The position numbers and the translations under genes were made by a program. From an uncultured Fibrobacteraceae bacterium (GTDB lineage: Bacteria > Krumholzibacteriota > Krumholzibacteriia > LZORAL124-64-63), in assembly GCA_964461255.1 (NCBI GenBank), contig CAYWTR010000004.1, forward strand, positions 46,395-110,394: DNA of 64,000 bases, read 5' to 3'. Positions 63,459-64,000 of the stretch are shown here, piece by piece. Below the pieces are notes generated by a model. That model did no database searches. It was not told where the DNA came from and saw nothing but the letters and a program-made list of their open reading frames with translations. Each line of letters begins with the position of its first letter. Position 1 is the stretch's first letter.

Positions 63459-64000
63459 ATGCGCCCGAAGAATCTCATTGCGATGGTCCTTCTGCTCTGC
63501 TGCGCGACGGCCGCGGCCGCCTTCGCGCAGGAGACCGTGGATGCCCGGCAGGGGCGCGACGCCGCGTCCGCTCGCGGCGAAGCGGCCCCGGCGCGCGACG
63601 GCGCCGCCGCCGGCGAGGTCGGCCAGGCGGCCGATCCCGCCGCCGGCGTGCCCGATCTGCCCGAGAACCAGGCCGAGATCGAGGCCCTGCGCAAGGGCGA
63701 GCTGAAGTCGGCGCAGCCGGCAGACCAGCGCGCCAGCGGTCGGACGATCACCGCCGAGGTCGCGGCGGCCCGCCGCGCCGCCTACGACCAGGTGCTGGCC
63801 GAGCAGGACGCCAAGATCGAGGCGCTGCGCGTTCGCCTCGAGGCCGCCGGCGGGACGCCCGCGGCGCTGGATCTGCAGCGCGAGATCGAGCGGGAGAAGA
63901 TGCAGACCGAGCGGCGCCTGCTCGAGCTGCAGGCCGGGATCGCCCGGGGCGAGGGCCGCGCGGATCTGGCCGCGCTGATCGAGGCGGCCATCGCCGAGCT
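63459..64000 (+). CDS. Secreted coiled-coil hypothetical protein, 3'-truncated at the window end
   Basis: ggagga RBS. Signal peptide (MRPKNLIAMVLLLCCATAAAAFAQE). Heptad-like E/A/R/L-rich sequence continues to the edge. AT-rich promoter island upstream. Confidence 0.5.
   Translation, partial: MRPKNLIAMVLLLCCATAAAAFAQETVDARQGRDAASARGEAAPARDGAAAGEVGQAADPAAGVPDLPENQAEIEALRKGELKSAQPADQRASGRTITAEVAAARRAAYDQVLAEQDAKIEALRVRLEAAGGTPAALDLQREIEREKMQTERRLLELQAGIARGEGRADLAALIEAAIAE

Noticed and set aside
1-64000. CRISPR arrays, tRNA/rRNA/tmRNA/RNase P genes, transposases or integrases
   Set aside because: No array of regularly spaced 25-40-bp repeats was seen; the tandem repeats present are short, low-copy and GC-rich. 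No cloverleaf-like tRNA candidates or conserved RNase P/tmRNA boxes were recognised by eye in the intergenic regions. No DDE, tyrosine or serine recombinase motifs were seen. A tool scan (tRNAscan, Infernal) would be needed to be definitive.

Overview
This is a ~70% GC bacterial chromosomal segment that is densely coding on both strands.

Reading from the left:
- **Exopolysaccharide-type operon (window start to 8.1 kb):** a chain-length-determinant C-terminus (truncated at the window edge), an O-antigen-ligase/Wzy-like membrane protein, a Wzx/MurJ-type flippase, an alkaline-phosphatase-family enzyme, an ExeA/GspA-like AAA ATPase fused to a SPOR domain, and a GT4 glycosyltransferase.
- **HNH paralogue 1 and the start of the segment it bounds:** an HNH(DUF222-type) gene begins at 8.35 kb. 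Immediately after it come futalosine-pathway menaquinone genes, MqnA plus an MqnE/MqnC-family radical SAM enzyme.
- **12-25 kb:**
  - a Cys-rich secreted protein;
  - a protein whose C-terminal half is a RelA/SpoT-type nucleotidyltransferase domain, apparently co-operonic with a methionine-gamma-lyase-family PLP enzyme;
  - a 1029-aa S8 protease;
  - a second GT4;
  - a HAMP sensor kinase;
  - a sirtuin;
  - an HExxH metallopeptidase;
  - endonuclease IV.
- **25-34 kb:**
  - a small secreted protein with a T9SS-type C-terminal sorting domain, behind an exact sigma-54 consensus promoter;
  - a 741-aa protein that is a GreA/GreB domain with a ~580-aa N-terminal extension;
  - an SDR;
  - an RtcB-archease pair preceded by an S9 beta-propeller peptidase.
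- **34-38 kb:** a 1245-aa Cys-rich surface protein built from 7 tandem Ig-like repeats flanked by a duplicated novel domain, ending in a T9SS-type sorting tail.
- **38-47 kb:**
  - three tandem Hsp20 genes behind a sigma-54-like promoter;
  - several lipoprotein and secreted hypotheticals;
  - a UbiA prenyltransferase;
  - an orphan GspE/PilB-type ATPase with tandem MshEN-like N-domains followed by an HDOD protein.
- **48-56 kb:**
  - a second S8 protease with a T9SS tail;
  - a thioredoxin-like protein;
  - aminopeptidase P;
  - an EamA transporter;
  - HNH paralogue 2, inverted relative to paralogue 1.
- **56.6-64 kb:**
  - a DUF4254 protein;
  - a Pro-repeat secreted protein;
  - an MBL hydrolase;
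  - a multi-TM HAMP-PP2C(SpoIIE) sensor phosphatase;
  - a secreted coiled-coil protein truncated at the window end.

The most striking structure is the pair of diverged HNH paralogues. Each sits behind a nearly identical sigma70-type promoter, a perfect palindrome, and an AT-rich island in otherwise GC-rich DNA. The two face each other across ~46 kb. No rRNA, tRNA, CRISPR array, transposase or integrase was recognised. Many long ORFs in alternative frames are GC-driven artefacts.
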